DNA of 64,000 nucleotides from the human T2T-CHM13v2.0 reference genome, Homo sapiens: NCBI GenBank assembly GCA_009914755.4, contig CP068257.2, positions 38,912,001 to 38,976,000 of the forward strand, read 5' to 3'. Shown piece by piece: positions 40,736 to 54,085 of this stretch (position 1 is its first letter; each line of letters starts with the position of its first letter). The notes under the pieces were generated by a model. It saw only the letters and a program-made list of their open reading frames with translations, ran no database searches and was not told where the DNA came from. The position numbers and the translations under genes were made by a program.

Positions 40736-43700
40736 CCATAAAAACAGGAAAACCAAAACAGAAAGAGCCTCCTATGAAAAAGCACATTTCAGGGGAGAAG
40801 GGAGGCAGAGTGAGAGCAGAGCTGTGAGCAAGGCCAGCCATGCAAAAGGCACGCGGCTGAAAGCCCTTGGTTCTCAGGCTTCCCGCCCATCTGAGAGATG
40901 CGTACTCTGTGCCCTGCTGTTTGTAAATGTCAAACATTTAATGATAACCACAATAAATGTGCTTGGTCAGCAGTCCTAAATATGGAAAAAGAAATCAACA
41001 TAAAACATCTTTGGTAGTTTCTTTTCCTTAAAATCTTGTGTCAGAGGAAAGTACACAGTTACCACTGGAAACAAAGTGGTTAGGGAACTCTACAAAACAG
41101 ACCACTGCAGGGGAAAAAACAATGATTTTGAGAGTATGAATTTTCCTGTGAGGAACAAAAATGAAAACAATGGTACGTTTGTCCCTTCCAAGTTCTTCAC
41201 GGATGCCAGTAACTAATCTTCAGAGTAAATTTGGAGAAATTGTTCTGACTATGCACACAAAGAAGCTAGAGGGAAGAGGCAGTGTTGCTTTATTTACTCA
41301 GCGTTGACCTCCCACCACCCTCCTCCTTCCTCTACTTCTCTATCAATACTTCTGGCCTTCCTTTGACCTGTTTTGGGGCATGGACTTAGGGCTGAGGACA
41401 GCACCAAGTATCTCGCCTGGATCCTGCCAACGCTGCCTCCTACAAAAAGGTCACTTTGAGCCACTTTGTTCCTTTCTCTAGGTCTGTCTCTACTCATGGG
41501 ATTGTTTTCAAGACTAAATGGAATGAGCACGCGAAACGGGAACCTGCCAAGGCTAGACCCTTCTGTGTCCTATTCTGCCAGTCAAGAAATAAAATTTCCT
41601 AAAATTTTGTGTCTTGCCTTAAAAACACACAAAGCCACATTCTTTCCATAACAAATGCAAGTTTATTTTAATACCTAATTAGGGTGAGAAGCTGCTTGGC
41701 AATAAGGAGAACTGGTGTGCCAGCAAGGTGTGCTGTACAGACCTAGTTGCTCCCTGTGCCTCCAAGGTGAGCACCTGGAGATTGGAAGGGAAGAGGCCCA
41801 GGTGGGATGGGCAGAGGTGGAGGGGAGGATACTGCTCCCCTGACACACATGACCCAACACGGTGCCATTTCCAAAATACTTTAAGGCCATGTTGTGAAGA
41901 CAACAAAGTAAAGACATAAGACAGGAGCCAAGAAGGGCAGCCTTTGTATGCCTGCTGCCTTCCAGTAGCCGAGGTACTGGCTTCTCCTCTCCAGCCAGAC
42001 CTGCTCTGCTACCCACCATGGCTACTGGGTGTCTATAGCTGAATGGCCAATGCGGCTAATAGGGCTTACATCTCTTGACAGTTGAGCAGCCATTTAGGGA
42101 AATTAGAGACACTGTAGCTCGAAGAAGACCATGAAGAGGAAGTTCTACTCTTATAGAACAGAGAAGCCATCTGTGACTACGTAATAAACTCTCAGGGGTC
42201 AGGGTAGGTGATCAGGGGTTTTTGAGCTGACTCTAGCCTATCCACAGCTTCTGACTGATGCTAATCTCAACCAAAGAATGCCAAGATATTAATATGTTCA
42301 CAGAGAAGCCTCATGCCACTGATGTCATAGAAATAGGTCACACATAAGGAACACCCTTGGATAAGTGACATATCACACTTACATTGGAATTAATTTCCAC
42401 AAAATTCCATTGCTGTCCCTACCTTCTAAATAGCTTCTGAATTATCATCAGCACCCACATGTTCACACTCAGTGCCTCGGGGGCTTCAAGATGTCCCAGA
42501 ACCGCAGCCAGCAGCCCAGAGTGTCTTATCTGAAGAAGGGCCATATTGCCTGTCCACATGCATCCTTAACATCACATGGAAAGGGGGATTCAACTTCAAC
42601 AGAGGGAAAATACCGCCAGGTGAATCACTTTCAACTACACAGAAGGAATCACAAATGTCTGCCTCCAAAACTTCAGAGTCCCAGTTTATTTTGTAAAATT
42701 GGACTCTTGTCACTCCTGTCATTTCCACACATGCAGGTCCCCCAGCATGAACGCATGAACCAACAACATGTACCCTTTTATATCAACTTTACACCCCAGC
42801 CAAGAGAAGCTTCATGAAAAACGGCACATAAAGATAACTAAAACATGACTTCTCAAACCAAAAGGGTTTAAGTCTAGATGTAAGCCAAACTCTGTAAACC
42901 CTCTCTGCTAAATCAGTCATTAAGATGTCATCCTTTTTCCTCTTTCACATATATTATTATTGTCCTACATTTCATGTTTCAGGGTTTTCTCCTTAGCCTG
43001 CTGTAAGCATGTGCTTTGGGAGACAGGGCAGAAGCTTTGGCACTGTTGACGCTCAGAAACGGCCACCCTAGATGGCTAGTGATGCTGGGGAGTCTCTCTG
43101 GAGACATCATAACAAGAATGCCATGGCCTGAAACATGCTTACCAGCCATCATCCAGAGAAGACAAGACACTGAAAGTAATATCATAAAATCTTACTAACA
43201 TAATCAAGAGAATCCCATGTGATCTACTCTGCCAGACATTGCTGAACTTTTGACCTTCAACTGCACCTAAGTAGTTTAAGACTCTCCAGACATTCATTGA
43301 CTCTTGCAAGCTTGCGTTTATCACAATTTAGCTTTTCACACCGCTACTCACCACCCAACACATTATTCATTATGCAAAAGTAATTTGAATTCATCATGCA
43401 CTGGATTTAGCAAACTTATCTTTAACTGAGTTTCAGATTATTTCTAATTCTCCCTTTAGTTCAGAGCCATATGGGCTTTGTGACACAGAATGCTTTGAAA
43501 ATAATTTCATTGGCTGGAACATTCAGTGGGCTGATGCCACATTTCTTTGAAAAAAAGTCTGCTAGGAAGAGAAGTAAATATCCCCCCACCCACCACTACT
43601 GCTATTGCCAGGTTCCTCCACTCATGTATTCATGTATTTGCTCATTCATTCACTCATTGAACAAATATGTGTTGCACCCTACCAAATGCTGAGCATCATA

Positions 43701-44774
43701 CTTGCTGACAACAACCTTGGCTTCATTGGCCCTCTGTGAGACACAGGAAAGTGGGGATGGACACAGGTTGAAGATGACCCAAGTCCGTAAGCACAAGCAT
43801 CCTTTCAGTGCGAAGGAGAAATGCCAAGAAACAACAAGCAGAAGGGGTGTAGGCAACAGAATTATTAAAGACACATAAGCAGGGCCATGTTAAGATGCTC
43901 ATGGGTCCTCCCTCCCCAAAAATCAGTGTTACATTTTATGACTCTGTAAGTATAAAGACAAATACAATCAGGCTGGATTACATATGTTTTTCCTTCTGAT
44001 TTTAAAAGAAATTAAAACAATTGTCATGGGCTCCAAAACGTATCCTGGTTTCAGACACTGAACTTACTGTGCCTAGCAAATAGTTGGCCCCGGCTTTGGG
44101 GCCTCCCGGTCTTCCACCACCCATTAATTGAACGGCCTTTGTGCAAGGTAGCTAGCTGCTTAATGCCTCCTTGTCTTCCTTGCTAAGACGAAGGAAATGG
44201 AAATGAAAGTGCCTGGTTTAGTGCTCAGGACACAGCCAGAGCTCTGCGTTTCCGCATCTCCTCTCCACACCAAATAATAACAATTTGCTCTAGAAGACAA
44301 TGGACATCCAAGTGAAATAAGGCTCAAGGGACTGCAGCCGTTTTTTATTAGTTATCCACTAGTAAATGCACTAAACCAAAGAAGCCCCACTTCAAGGAAC
44401 ACAGACAAACATCTGTCTCTATAATTATCCATACGCCCCAAACGCCCCTCCTCATCTCATTCCCCCTACTTATCACTCTGAACATATTCTACAATGGACT
44501 TACTCATCAGGCCCAACATCTGTCTCCCCTCACGGGAATGCCAGCTCCACAAGGTCAAGGGCTGGGATGTTTTGTTTGCCAATGTGTTAGCATTCCCAAA
44601 CTTAGATTAGCATCAGGCATAACATAAGCACTCTGCCTATTCCTCGTTAAATGGAATGGATTTGAAAATTATCAGAAACACTAGTTTCAAAAACATTAAA
44701 ATTCAGTCTTTAGGATATTTTGTTCCTTTCTATAAGAATTTATTCTCTACAAAACTACCACTCTTGATCTAGTG

Positions 44775-44870
44775 TTTTTTTGTTTGGTTTTTTTTTTGAG
44801 ACTGACTCTCATTCTATTGCCCAGGCAGGAGTGCAGTGGCGCGATCTCCGCTCACTGCAACCTCCGCCTC
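44775..44870 (-). mobile_element. Alu 3' fragment (5'-truncated insertion)
   Basis: A poly-T is followed by GAGACTGACTCTCATTCTATTGCCCAGGCAGGAGTGCAGTGGCGCGATCTCCGCTCACTGCAACCTCCGCCTC. There is a TSD CTAGTGTT. Confidence 0.8.
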
Positions 44871-47800
44871 TAGTGTTCTTGATAGTGTAGATAATCAGTA
44901 TGTTTTCCTGTCTCTTCTTCTTTCCATTTCTGATACGTAAACTATGTTTGATTGAAGCATTTAGCAATGAATGGGGAATGCATGTGTACCACCCCCTTCT
45001 TCCTGTATCAAATTCTTTTCTAAGTCACAACATCTTATCTAAATTTTATACCATTCTGACAGTTTCCCAAGAAGCAAGGAGAAAGAGAGCATATTAGCAA
45101 AGTTACTTGTCTATCCTTATTAAAGCACAGTGTGTTAGTATGGTTCAAATATATATATTTTTTTTCTTTAAGATTGCTGGTCTAGTTGAAAAAAGACAAT
45201 GAATTTGGATTAATCATTTCCAATATTCTGATTATACAAGCTACCCCATTGCCTCCAAAAAGGAGTTCTCCCAGGTCTTAGGGTGTTTTTTGTCCTTCCC
45301 ACAGACCACTGCAGGCACAGAAACACTCCAGGCTGTACATTCAAGGAGATGCTTAAGGTATTTATATGTGGAGACTTATGGAAAATACAAAATATTAAAA
45401 TGATATTTTCTTCCTCGGGGAATATAAACTTGTCTCCATTTTTATTTAAAATGCTGGAAGTTATATTGATTTTTATTATAGAATTAATATAGTCACATAG
45501 TAAAAGTTTTAGTAAATACAGATGGGTAGAAAGGCAAAATAAAAATAAATAATAATCTTACACTTTGAGAATAAAATACCAGCATTTTAATGTCTGCCCT
45601 ATAAGCAGACAATTTTGTGCAGTGGGCAGAATGATGTGAGAGAGGCCCCAGGAGCTCACTCAGGGCAGGCTAGACAATGAGCCAACTGGAAGAAGGGGGT
45701 CCTCCTTTCTGTTACCATGAGGGCTGTAGCAGGAGGCCTCTTCCCTTGGCAGCAGGGCCCACATATTCCCATGGGCCTCAGCATCTCCAGGTGCTGGGCA
45801 GCTGGCTGTCCCAGACAACTCCAGTAACAGCTGATGCCTAATCCCAGATAGGCTGTTTATCCCCCTGCCTAGTAGCATTTCTTTGGGGCTTACAAGAAGG
45901 GAGAGTCACTGGGTGCAGGAGGGTCCCTCAACTGGACACAGACCTACCCACTGTGCAGGAGAGCTGGCCCCAGGGTGCCTTGCTGTTGGATGATGTCAGG
46001 ATTCACAGCCCTTTCATTTTCTTGCTTCCATTTATTTTCTTCCTTACAGCTTATTCTTTAACACATACTGTGCCACACTGTGGAATAGACCCTTACTCTT
46101 GTGATAAACAGTTTTATGTATCAACTGGGTCAGGCTATAGTTTCCAGTTATTTGATGAAACCCTTATCTAGGTGTTGCTATGAAGGTTATTGTGTAGGTG
46201 TGGTTAACAGCTATAATCAATTTACTTTAAGTAAAGGAGATTGTCTTTGATCGTTTACGTGGCCCTCATTCAATCAGTCGAAAAGATTTAAGAGGAAAAC
46301 TGAAGCTTCCCTGAGAAAGAAGAAAATTGCTCCTGTGAACTGCGGCATCAGCTCCTGCCTGGGAGTTCTAGCCAGCCCTTTCTGACAGCCTGCCCTACGG
46401 ATTTCAGACACTCTCAGCCCCGCCCCATAGTTGCTACAGCAATTGCCAATTCCTAAAAACACTTCAAGCGCTTCCTCTTCAGATTTCTATCTGTCCCCTA
46501 TATAACTTACTGGTTCTGTGCCTGTGGTGGACCCTGACTGACATACCTCCCTTGTACCAGAGCTGTATCAGACCTTTCACGAGCTTCAATTATGAATAAA
46601 TTAGAAATGACTTCTTTAGGTAAGGTTTATGAAACTTGGAGTTTTTCCTACTTATTTTTTGTGTGTTCACACTGGATTTCAGATGTCAAGAGAGCAAAAT
46701 ATAAATTTAAAATATAAAAATAATATATAGAACATAGAATTAGCAAACAGCAGAAAAAAAAATTTGTGGTATGAACGTAAGGAAGCAAGGACAAATGTAG
46801 TGAACAAAATGAATGCCAAAAGCTGGGATGAGTGCAGGAGAACTGAGGTGGATCTCTGCATTCCCCAAGTACCCTGCAGTGGCCTTCAAAGGCTGAGGGC
46901 AGTCCATTGATGCAAAAAGAGATCTCCCCAGGTACAGAAAGTCAAGAACAGGTCTAGAGAGCAAAGAGAATGCCCCAGAAACTCAAAGAGCTGGCAGGCA
47001 AGCTGTAAAGCAGAAAGAGATCTCCCACAGTTTGGAAAGCTGGTTACTGGTCAGTAAAGCACAAAGATTCAAAGAGTCTGGCTGGTGCTCAGATCCCAAG
47101 CCCTTCTGAAGGCAAAGTGCTGACCCCACCTTCACACCATGTGAACCCAAGGTAAAGAGAATCTAGCTCAGGATCCTAACTCTGCAACAGAGCCCAGCAC
47201 AGCCCAGCCACATGTCAGATTGACTCAGCCCCACATCACCAGCCCGACAGAAGGACAGAAGGAGCATGTCCTTCCTGCAAGGGCAAGGTAAACATTCCTT
47301 ACTTCAATCTGCACACAATGTTTAGCATAAAACAGAAAGTCACAAGACACACAAAGAAACAACAAAACAAGGCCCATGTTTAAAAGATAACTCATTAACA
47401 GAAACAAATATGGAAATGGCCCAGATGTTTGATTTATCACTCAGGAACTTTGTAGCTGCGATGAAGGCTCTAGAGGAAAATACTGACACGTGTGAACAGG
47501 TGAAGAACTACAGCATGGGAAGCAAACGGTGAAAGCAAAACTCAGATGGAACTATCAGGACGTAACTGTATGATACTAGGTAGGAAGAATTCATTTGATG
47601 GGCTTAATAGCAGACTGGACACAGAAGAGAAAAGAATCAAAGGCAGGCCAATAGACAATATCTAAAATAAAACACAAAGAAATTAAACATGAAAAAAATA
47701 AAACAAAGCATCCAAGACCTGTGTAAAAATATCAATCAATATAAACAATTGGAATCCCAGAAGAAGAAGAGAGATACAGGAGAAAAAATATTTTAAGAGA

Positions 47801-48605
47801 CAATAGCCAATATTTTTTAAGTTAAGGAAATACAGCAAGGTACATACCCAAGAAGATTAGCAAACCACAACATAAGATTTTAAAAAGTTATTTCAAAATC
47901 ACACCTAGGTACATCAGAGGTGAACCTTAAAAGAAAAAAAAATTGAAAAGAAATCTTAAAAGTAGCAAGAAAAAATAGCCCATGTTATATTTAGGGGAAG
48001 TATGAAAAGAATGATGGATGAGTTCCTCACAATGGAAAAAAAATTCAAAATGCTGAAAAAAAACTGTCAACATAGAATTCTACATTGAATTCTACATTTA
48101 GTCAAAGTATAAATAAAAAAATAAAAGCTATAGAAGAGAGCAATTCAAATATTCTTCTCATAAATAAAATATGAATATTCAAGGTGATAGATATCTCAAT
48201 TACCTTGATTTGATCTTTACACTTGATATGAATGCTTCAAAAAATCACATGTATCCTGAAGATATGGACATCTAATATGTATCAGTTTAAGAAAATGAAA
48301 GCTAAGTAAAGACATTTTCAGCTAGAGAAGAACTCAGAGATTTTTTTAGCCAAAAAACCTGTGCTCCAAGAAATGCTTAAAGAAATGCAGGCTGAAAGAA
48401 TATGATACATGATAGAAGCTCAAATCTGCAGGAAAGAATGAAAACATAGGTAGTATAACATATAGGTAAAAATAAAGGACCTACTTATTATATTTAATAT
48501 ACATGTGTGTTTGTTTGTATACAGACATACATGTTGCATAATATATTAAGCACATATTAAAGGTTGAGCATCCCCAGTCCAAATATCCAAAATCTGAAAT
48601 ATTCC

Positions 48606-48731
48606 CATTTTAGTAGAGATGAGGTTTTGCCATGTTGGCCAGGCTGGTCTCAAACTCCTGACCTCAGGTGATCTGCCCACCTCAGCCTCCCAAAGTGCTG
48701 GGTTTACAGGTGTGAGCCACTGCACCTGGCC
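48606..48731 (-). mobile_element. Alu left-monomer fragment inserted in the L1
   Basis: It reads TTTTAGTAGAGATGAGGTTTTGCCATGTTGGCCAGGCTGGTCTCAAACTCCTGACCTCAGGTGATCTGCCCACCTCAGCCTCCCAAAGTGCTGGGTTTACAGGTGTGAGCCACTGCACCTGGCCC. Confidence 0.85.
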
Positions 48732-48905
48732 CAAAATCTGAAGCTTTTTGAGATCCAACATGGCATTCCAAAGAAATCCTCATTGGAGAATTGCACATTT
48801 CATTAGGGATGTTCAACTACTAAGTATATAATGCAAATGCAAATTCAAATCCTAAAAGATCTGAAATCTAAAACATTTCTGGTACCAAGCACTTGGGATA
48901 AGGGA

Positions 48906-48953
48906 TACTCAACATGTGTGTGTGTGGGTGTGTGTGTGTGTGTGTGTGTGTGT
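48906..48953. repeat. (GT)n microsatellite
   Basis: The run GTGTGTGTGTGGGTGTGTGTGTGTGTGTGTGTGTGTGTTTATGTGT is read directly. Confidence 0.95.
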
Positions 48954-49919
48954 TTATGTGTACATATATATGCATTTCAGCACAACCAGTAGCAATGTGT
49001 TATAAGTTTTATAGAATACAGTGAAACAAAATAATACAAAGAATGAGAGAATAGAATTATATAATTGTGATAGTCTTAGATTTTTTTAAAGTTTAGTATA
49101 ATTGAAAATTAGACTATGATAGTTAAGTATACATACTGTAATTTCTAGCAAACTCCTAAAAAATAACACAAAGTATATTTAAAAAGTTAATTGCTGGATT
49201 ATGCAAAATAAGGCAGGAAATAAGAAAGAGAAACAAATACTGGTAAAATACTTAAATACAATTGTATTGATAATTACATTAAATATAAATGAAATACCAC
49301 TTACATACTAATTAAAAATAAGATTCAAATAAATGACTTTTACAAGAAACACTTAGAGCATAAAGAGATAGATATTTGAAAATAAAATGTTGAAAACTGA
49401 CATACTATCCAACCACTATGCATCATAAATCTCGACGGCTATGTTTATATCTGACCGAGTACAATTCAAGACAAATAGTAACCCAGAGAGAAAAAGGAGT
49501 ATATTCTAATGCTAAGAGTCACTCCATCAAGAAGAAGTAATTATCTTAAATGTGTATGAACCTAATAAAGAGATTCAAAATGCATGATACAAAACTTGAC
49601 AGCACTAAAGGAAGAATGTTGCTTTTGAAAAGCTCACATTCACCATGGAAGATTTTAATATGCCTCTCATTATAACTGATAAAACAAGTAGACCAAAAAT
49701 CAAAGAACATAGGAGATTTTAATACTGTCAACAAAATTTACATAATTATCTCTAATAGAATACTCCACTCAACAACTATACACTACAATTTCTTGAGAAG
49801 ATCACATGAAACACTTGCTAAGATGAATCACATTCTGCAACATGAAAAATTCCCCAGCAAATCATAATGATAAAATTCATATAAAGTATGATAGCTGAAA
49901 ACAATAATATTAAAATCGA

Positions 49920-50274
<355 letters not shown>

Positions 50275-51544
50275 CTATAGAAAAACCACAGGGAAAAATA
50301 AAATATATTTTGAAGTGAATGAAAATGAAAACACAACATATCAAAATGTGAAAGGCAGTGAAGGTGGTGCATAGAGGGAGATTCATAGCTTTAATTCCCT
50401 ATTTGAATTGAAAATAATAAGTTGTAAAACAAAAAGTTTTAGCTTTTAATAAGCTAAGAAAAACAACTAAAATATAAGAAAGGAAATAATAAAAACAGCA
50501 GAAATAAAATGAAAACACATAAAAGAAAATTAACAATGTGAGAAATTTGTTTAAGACAGTTTAATAAAATTGGTATACTTCTAGAAAAATTGTCAAGAAA
50601 AAATGAAAAGAATCTATATCAGTAATAAAAGTAGTAGCATCTCTCCAGGTTCTACAGATATTAAAAATAAGGGAATATCATAAACAACTTTATGCCATTA
50701 AAGATACAGCCACTTATATAAAACAGATTCCTTTAAAAACGCATCTTATCACAACTGATGCAAGAAAAAATAGAACATCTAAATAGCCTAATACCTGTTA
50801 CAGAAATGGAATTTGTAATCAGAAGCCTTCCCATAAAATAAAACAAAAACATAAAAGAAAAAACTCCTGACTAGATGTCAATATCTAAGGAAGGCGTAAT
50901 ACCAATTACCAATCCTTCACAATTTTTTTTTTAATAGAGGAGGAGGGAACACTTCCCAAATGACTTTCTGAGACTGCACGACCCAGATATTAAACCTACA
51001 AAAAACATTATAAGTTTAAGAAAAAAGAAAAATATCCCTTATGGTCCAATACACAAAGATCTATTAAAATATTAGCAATTGGATGCTATAAACTTAAAAA
51101 GAATAACAGGTCATGACCATGTCAAGTTTATTTTCTAATACAAAATTGGCTTAACATTAAAAATCAGTCAAAATAATTCATTTCATTAACAGATTAAAGA
51201 AGAAAAATTATATAACTATCTCAATACATGTAGAAAAAGCATTTGACAACATTCAGCTTCTTTTATGAGAAATACTCAAAAAACTAAGAATAAAAGAGAA
51301 CTTTCACAATCTGATAAAGGGCATTTACAGAAGATATACAAATAACATGATATCTAACACTGAATTATTGGAAACATTCCCCTTAGGGTTAGGAACAAGG
51401 CAAAGGTATTCACTCATCACTTTTAGTCACTTCTAATCAATATTCAACATTGTTCAAGAAGTCTTAGGTAGTGCAGTAGGGCAAGATAATACATTTCAAA
51501 AGCCAAACAATGTGAAAAAAGAGAATCACATAAGGTGCCTGATT

Positions 51545-51740
<196 letters not shown>

Positions 51741-51797
51741 TAGTAATCACTACCATCTCAAAACAATTATACAATTTGATTTCTAGAACAACCATAT

Positions 51798-52245
51798 TGT
51801 CAGGCCTCTGAGCCCAAGCTAAGCCATCGCATCCCCTGTGACCTTCACATACACACTCAGATGTCCTGAAGTTACTGAAGAATCACAAAAGTGAAAATGG
51901 CCTGTTCCTGCCTTAACTGATGACATTCCACCACAAAAGAAGTGAAAATGGCCAGTCCTTGCCTTAACTGATGACATTACCTTGTGAAATTCCTTCTCCT
52001 GGCTCATCCTGGCTCAAAAAGCTCCCCCACTGAGCACCCTGTGACCCCCCACTCCGGCCCTCCAGAGAACAACCCCCCTTTGACTGTAATTTTCCTTTAC
52101 CTACCCAAATCTTATAAAACAGTCCCACCCCATCTCTGTTCGCTGACTCTTTTTGGACTCAGCCCACCTGCACCCAGGTGATTAAAAAGCTTTATTGCTC
52201 ACACAAAGCCTGTTTGGTGATCTCTTCACACGGACGCGAATGAAA
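51798..52245 (+). mobile_element. Solo LTR7 (HERV-H LTR) nested in L1 ORF2
   Basis: It starts TGTCAGGCCTCTGAGCCCAAGCTAAGCCATCGCATCCCCTGTGACC. The internal ...CTGACTCTTTTTGGACTCAGCCCACCTGCACCCAGGTGATTAAAAAGCTTTATTGCTCACACAAAGCCTGTTTGGTGATCTCTTCACACGGACGCGAATGAAA matches my recollection of the LTR7 consensus. It is flanked by a 5-bp direct repeat CATAT at 51793-51797 and 52246-52250. Confidence 0.85.
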
Positions 52246-53772
52246 CATATATAATTAAGACAGTGTAGTTTTGGCATAAGACAGACAATTAGATTACGGG
52301 AATAGAATAGAGATCTACACATATACGGCTCTTTTTAAAAATCAAGGTGCAAAGCCAATTAGGTGACAGGGGATGAAAGCCTGTTTCATAAATAATATTG
52401 TAAGAATCAGATAAATAGATGGAGGGAAATAAACCTTGAGTCCGACTCAACTCCTTATGTTAAAATTAACTAGAGAAAAATAAAAGAATTAGGCTTCATC
52501 AATTTTTTAAATTTGCTAATTGAAAGGCATCACTAATAAATAGGTAGGCAGGCTACAAATTAAAAACAAAATATTATACTTGACAAAAGATTCATACCCA
52601 AAATATATTAAAAAAAAAAACTCTTGCAACTCAGTAGTAAGAAGGCAACCCAAGAAAAATTAGGCAAATGACCTGAATTGTCACTTCCCAGAAGAAGACA
52701 TATCACGTCCAATGAGCACATGTAACAGCATCATTAGTAATTAGATAAAGACAAATTTAAACAATAATACAATACCATTTCATACACACTATATTGGTTA
52801 AAATTTAAAATACTGTTGGGATGAAAAGTTGGAGAGAATATGGAGCAACAAGAACTATCATACATTTCTGGCAAGAGTTTAAGTGGTACCTTTTAGAAGT
52901 TTTATAAAGTTAAACATGCCATCCCACTCTTAGTATTTCCCCAAGAGAAATCCTAACATATGTTCACAAAAAGGCTTCTACAAAAATATTCATACCAGCC
53001 TTTCTCCTATTAGTCAATCCCTGGAAACAGCCCAAAAGTCTGGCAACAGAATAGGAAAAATGTTTAGAAAAGAAACAAAGTTCTGAAATCAGCAACAACA
53101 TGTGTGAATTTCAGAAGTATTATAATTTAAAAGAAGAAATCAGATACCTAAGAATACATACCACTTGCTTCTATTTACATAACAGGTAAAACTAATTTGT
53201 GTTCAAATCAGAAAGGATTGCATCTGGGTTGGGTGCAGGCTGGGACACTGATAATTATGGGAGCAAGGGAATCTTCTTTGGGGACAGTTAACTGAATGTT
53301 CTACATCTTGTTTTAGGTGGTGTCAACTTGGGTGTCTTCCAATGACAAAACATATTAAGCTAAAAAATGATCAGTGCCTTTTATTGTATATAAATTATAA
53401 TTCAAAAAATCATTTAAGAGAAACCATGAGTTTCTGTTTAACACAGGAGAACAGAGACAAGTTAAGATAGTGGCAGAATGGGAGAAGACACCTGCAACAT
53501 CTAAAATCAACAAAATTTAATACTTATAATATATATATAGAACTCCTGAAAAATCCAACAGAAGAAGACAGGAAGCCCCATAGGAGCACAATGAAAAGAT
53601 ATAAATGCGCAATTTTTACGTAAGGTTCAAATAAATTATTTCAAAACTCCTAGAATTAACTAATAATCATAAAAAGGGCTAAGATCACGAAATATCTTTT
53701 TATACCTTTGCATCTATCAACAATTAGCGTTGCACCCAGGCGAGTTAGAGAAAACGCCACACTTTGAGACGA

Positions 53773-54085
53773 GTATACATATGTAACAAACATGCACGTC
53801 ATGCACATGTACCCTAAAAGTATAATAACAATAAAATAAAAAAAAAAACAAGATGCAAATTGGAAAGGGCACGAGAGGGTATCTTAGTGAAAATTCTATG
53901 TGAATTTATATATCATAAATTTATAAATTAATTCATCCATTCATTCATATATTATGAACAAAATATATGTAATGATATATAAATGAATATTCATTTATTT
54001 ATGTATTATATATTCATTCACCATCCCTTATTATGGAGAAATTTGAAAATATAAAATTATTTACTCAAAAGCTTTATTAAAAAAA
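53773..54085 (+). mobile_element. Composite retro-insert. An L1 3'-terminal ~75 bp with poly-A is followed by ~215 bp of AT-rich sequence and a second poly-A.
   Basis: TATACATATGTAACAAACATGCACGTCATGCACATGTACCCTAAAAGTATAATAACAATAAAATAAAAAAAAAAA is the canonical L1 3' end. A15 follows at 54069-54083. The insert is absent from the second copy of the duplicated LTR12 module. Confidence 0.6.

Noticed and set aside
40391-40741. 116-aa ORF rich in Y/I/M/F (MFICLYIVICLYVIYMF...)
   Set aside because: It is a translation of the AT-rich minisatellite. It has no start context and no complexity.
48585-48745. 12-bp direct repeat CCAAAATCTGAA flanking the Alu left-monomer fragment, as a target-site duplication
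   Set aside because: The Alu piece is 3'-truncated, which is atypical for a TSD-flanked retro-insertion. The same motif recurs within the surrounding unclassified repeat, so the match may be internal to the host element.
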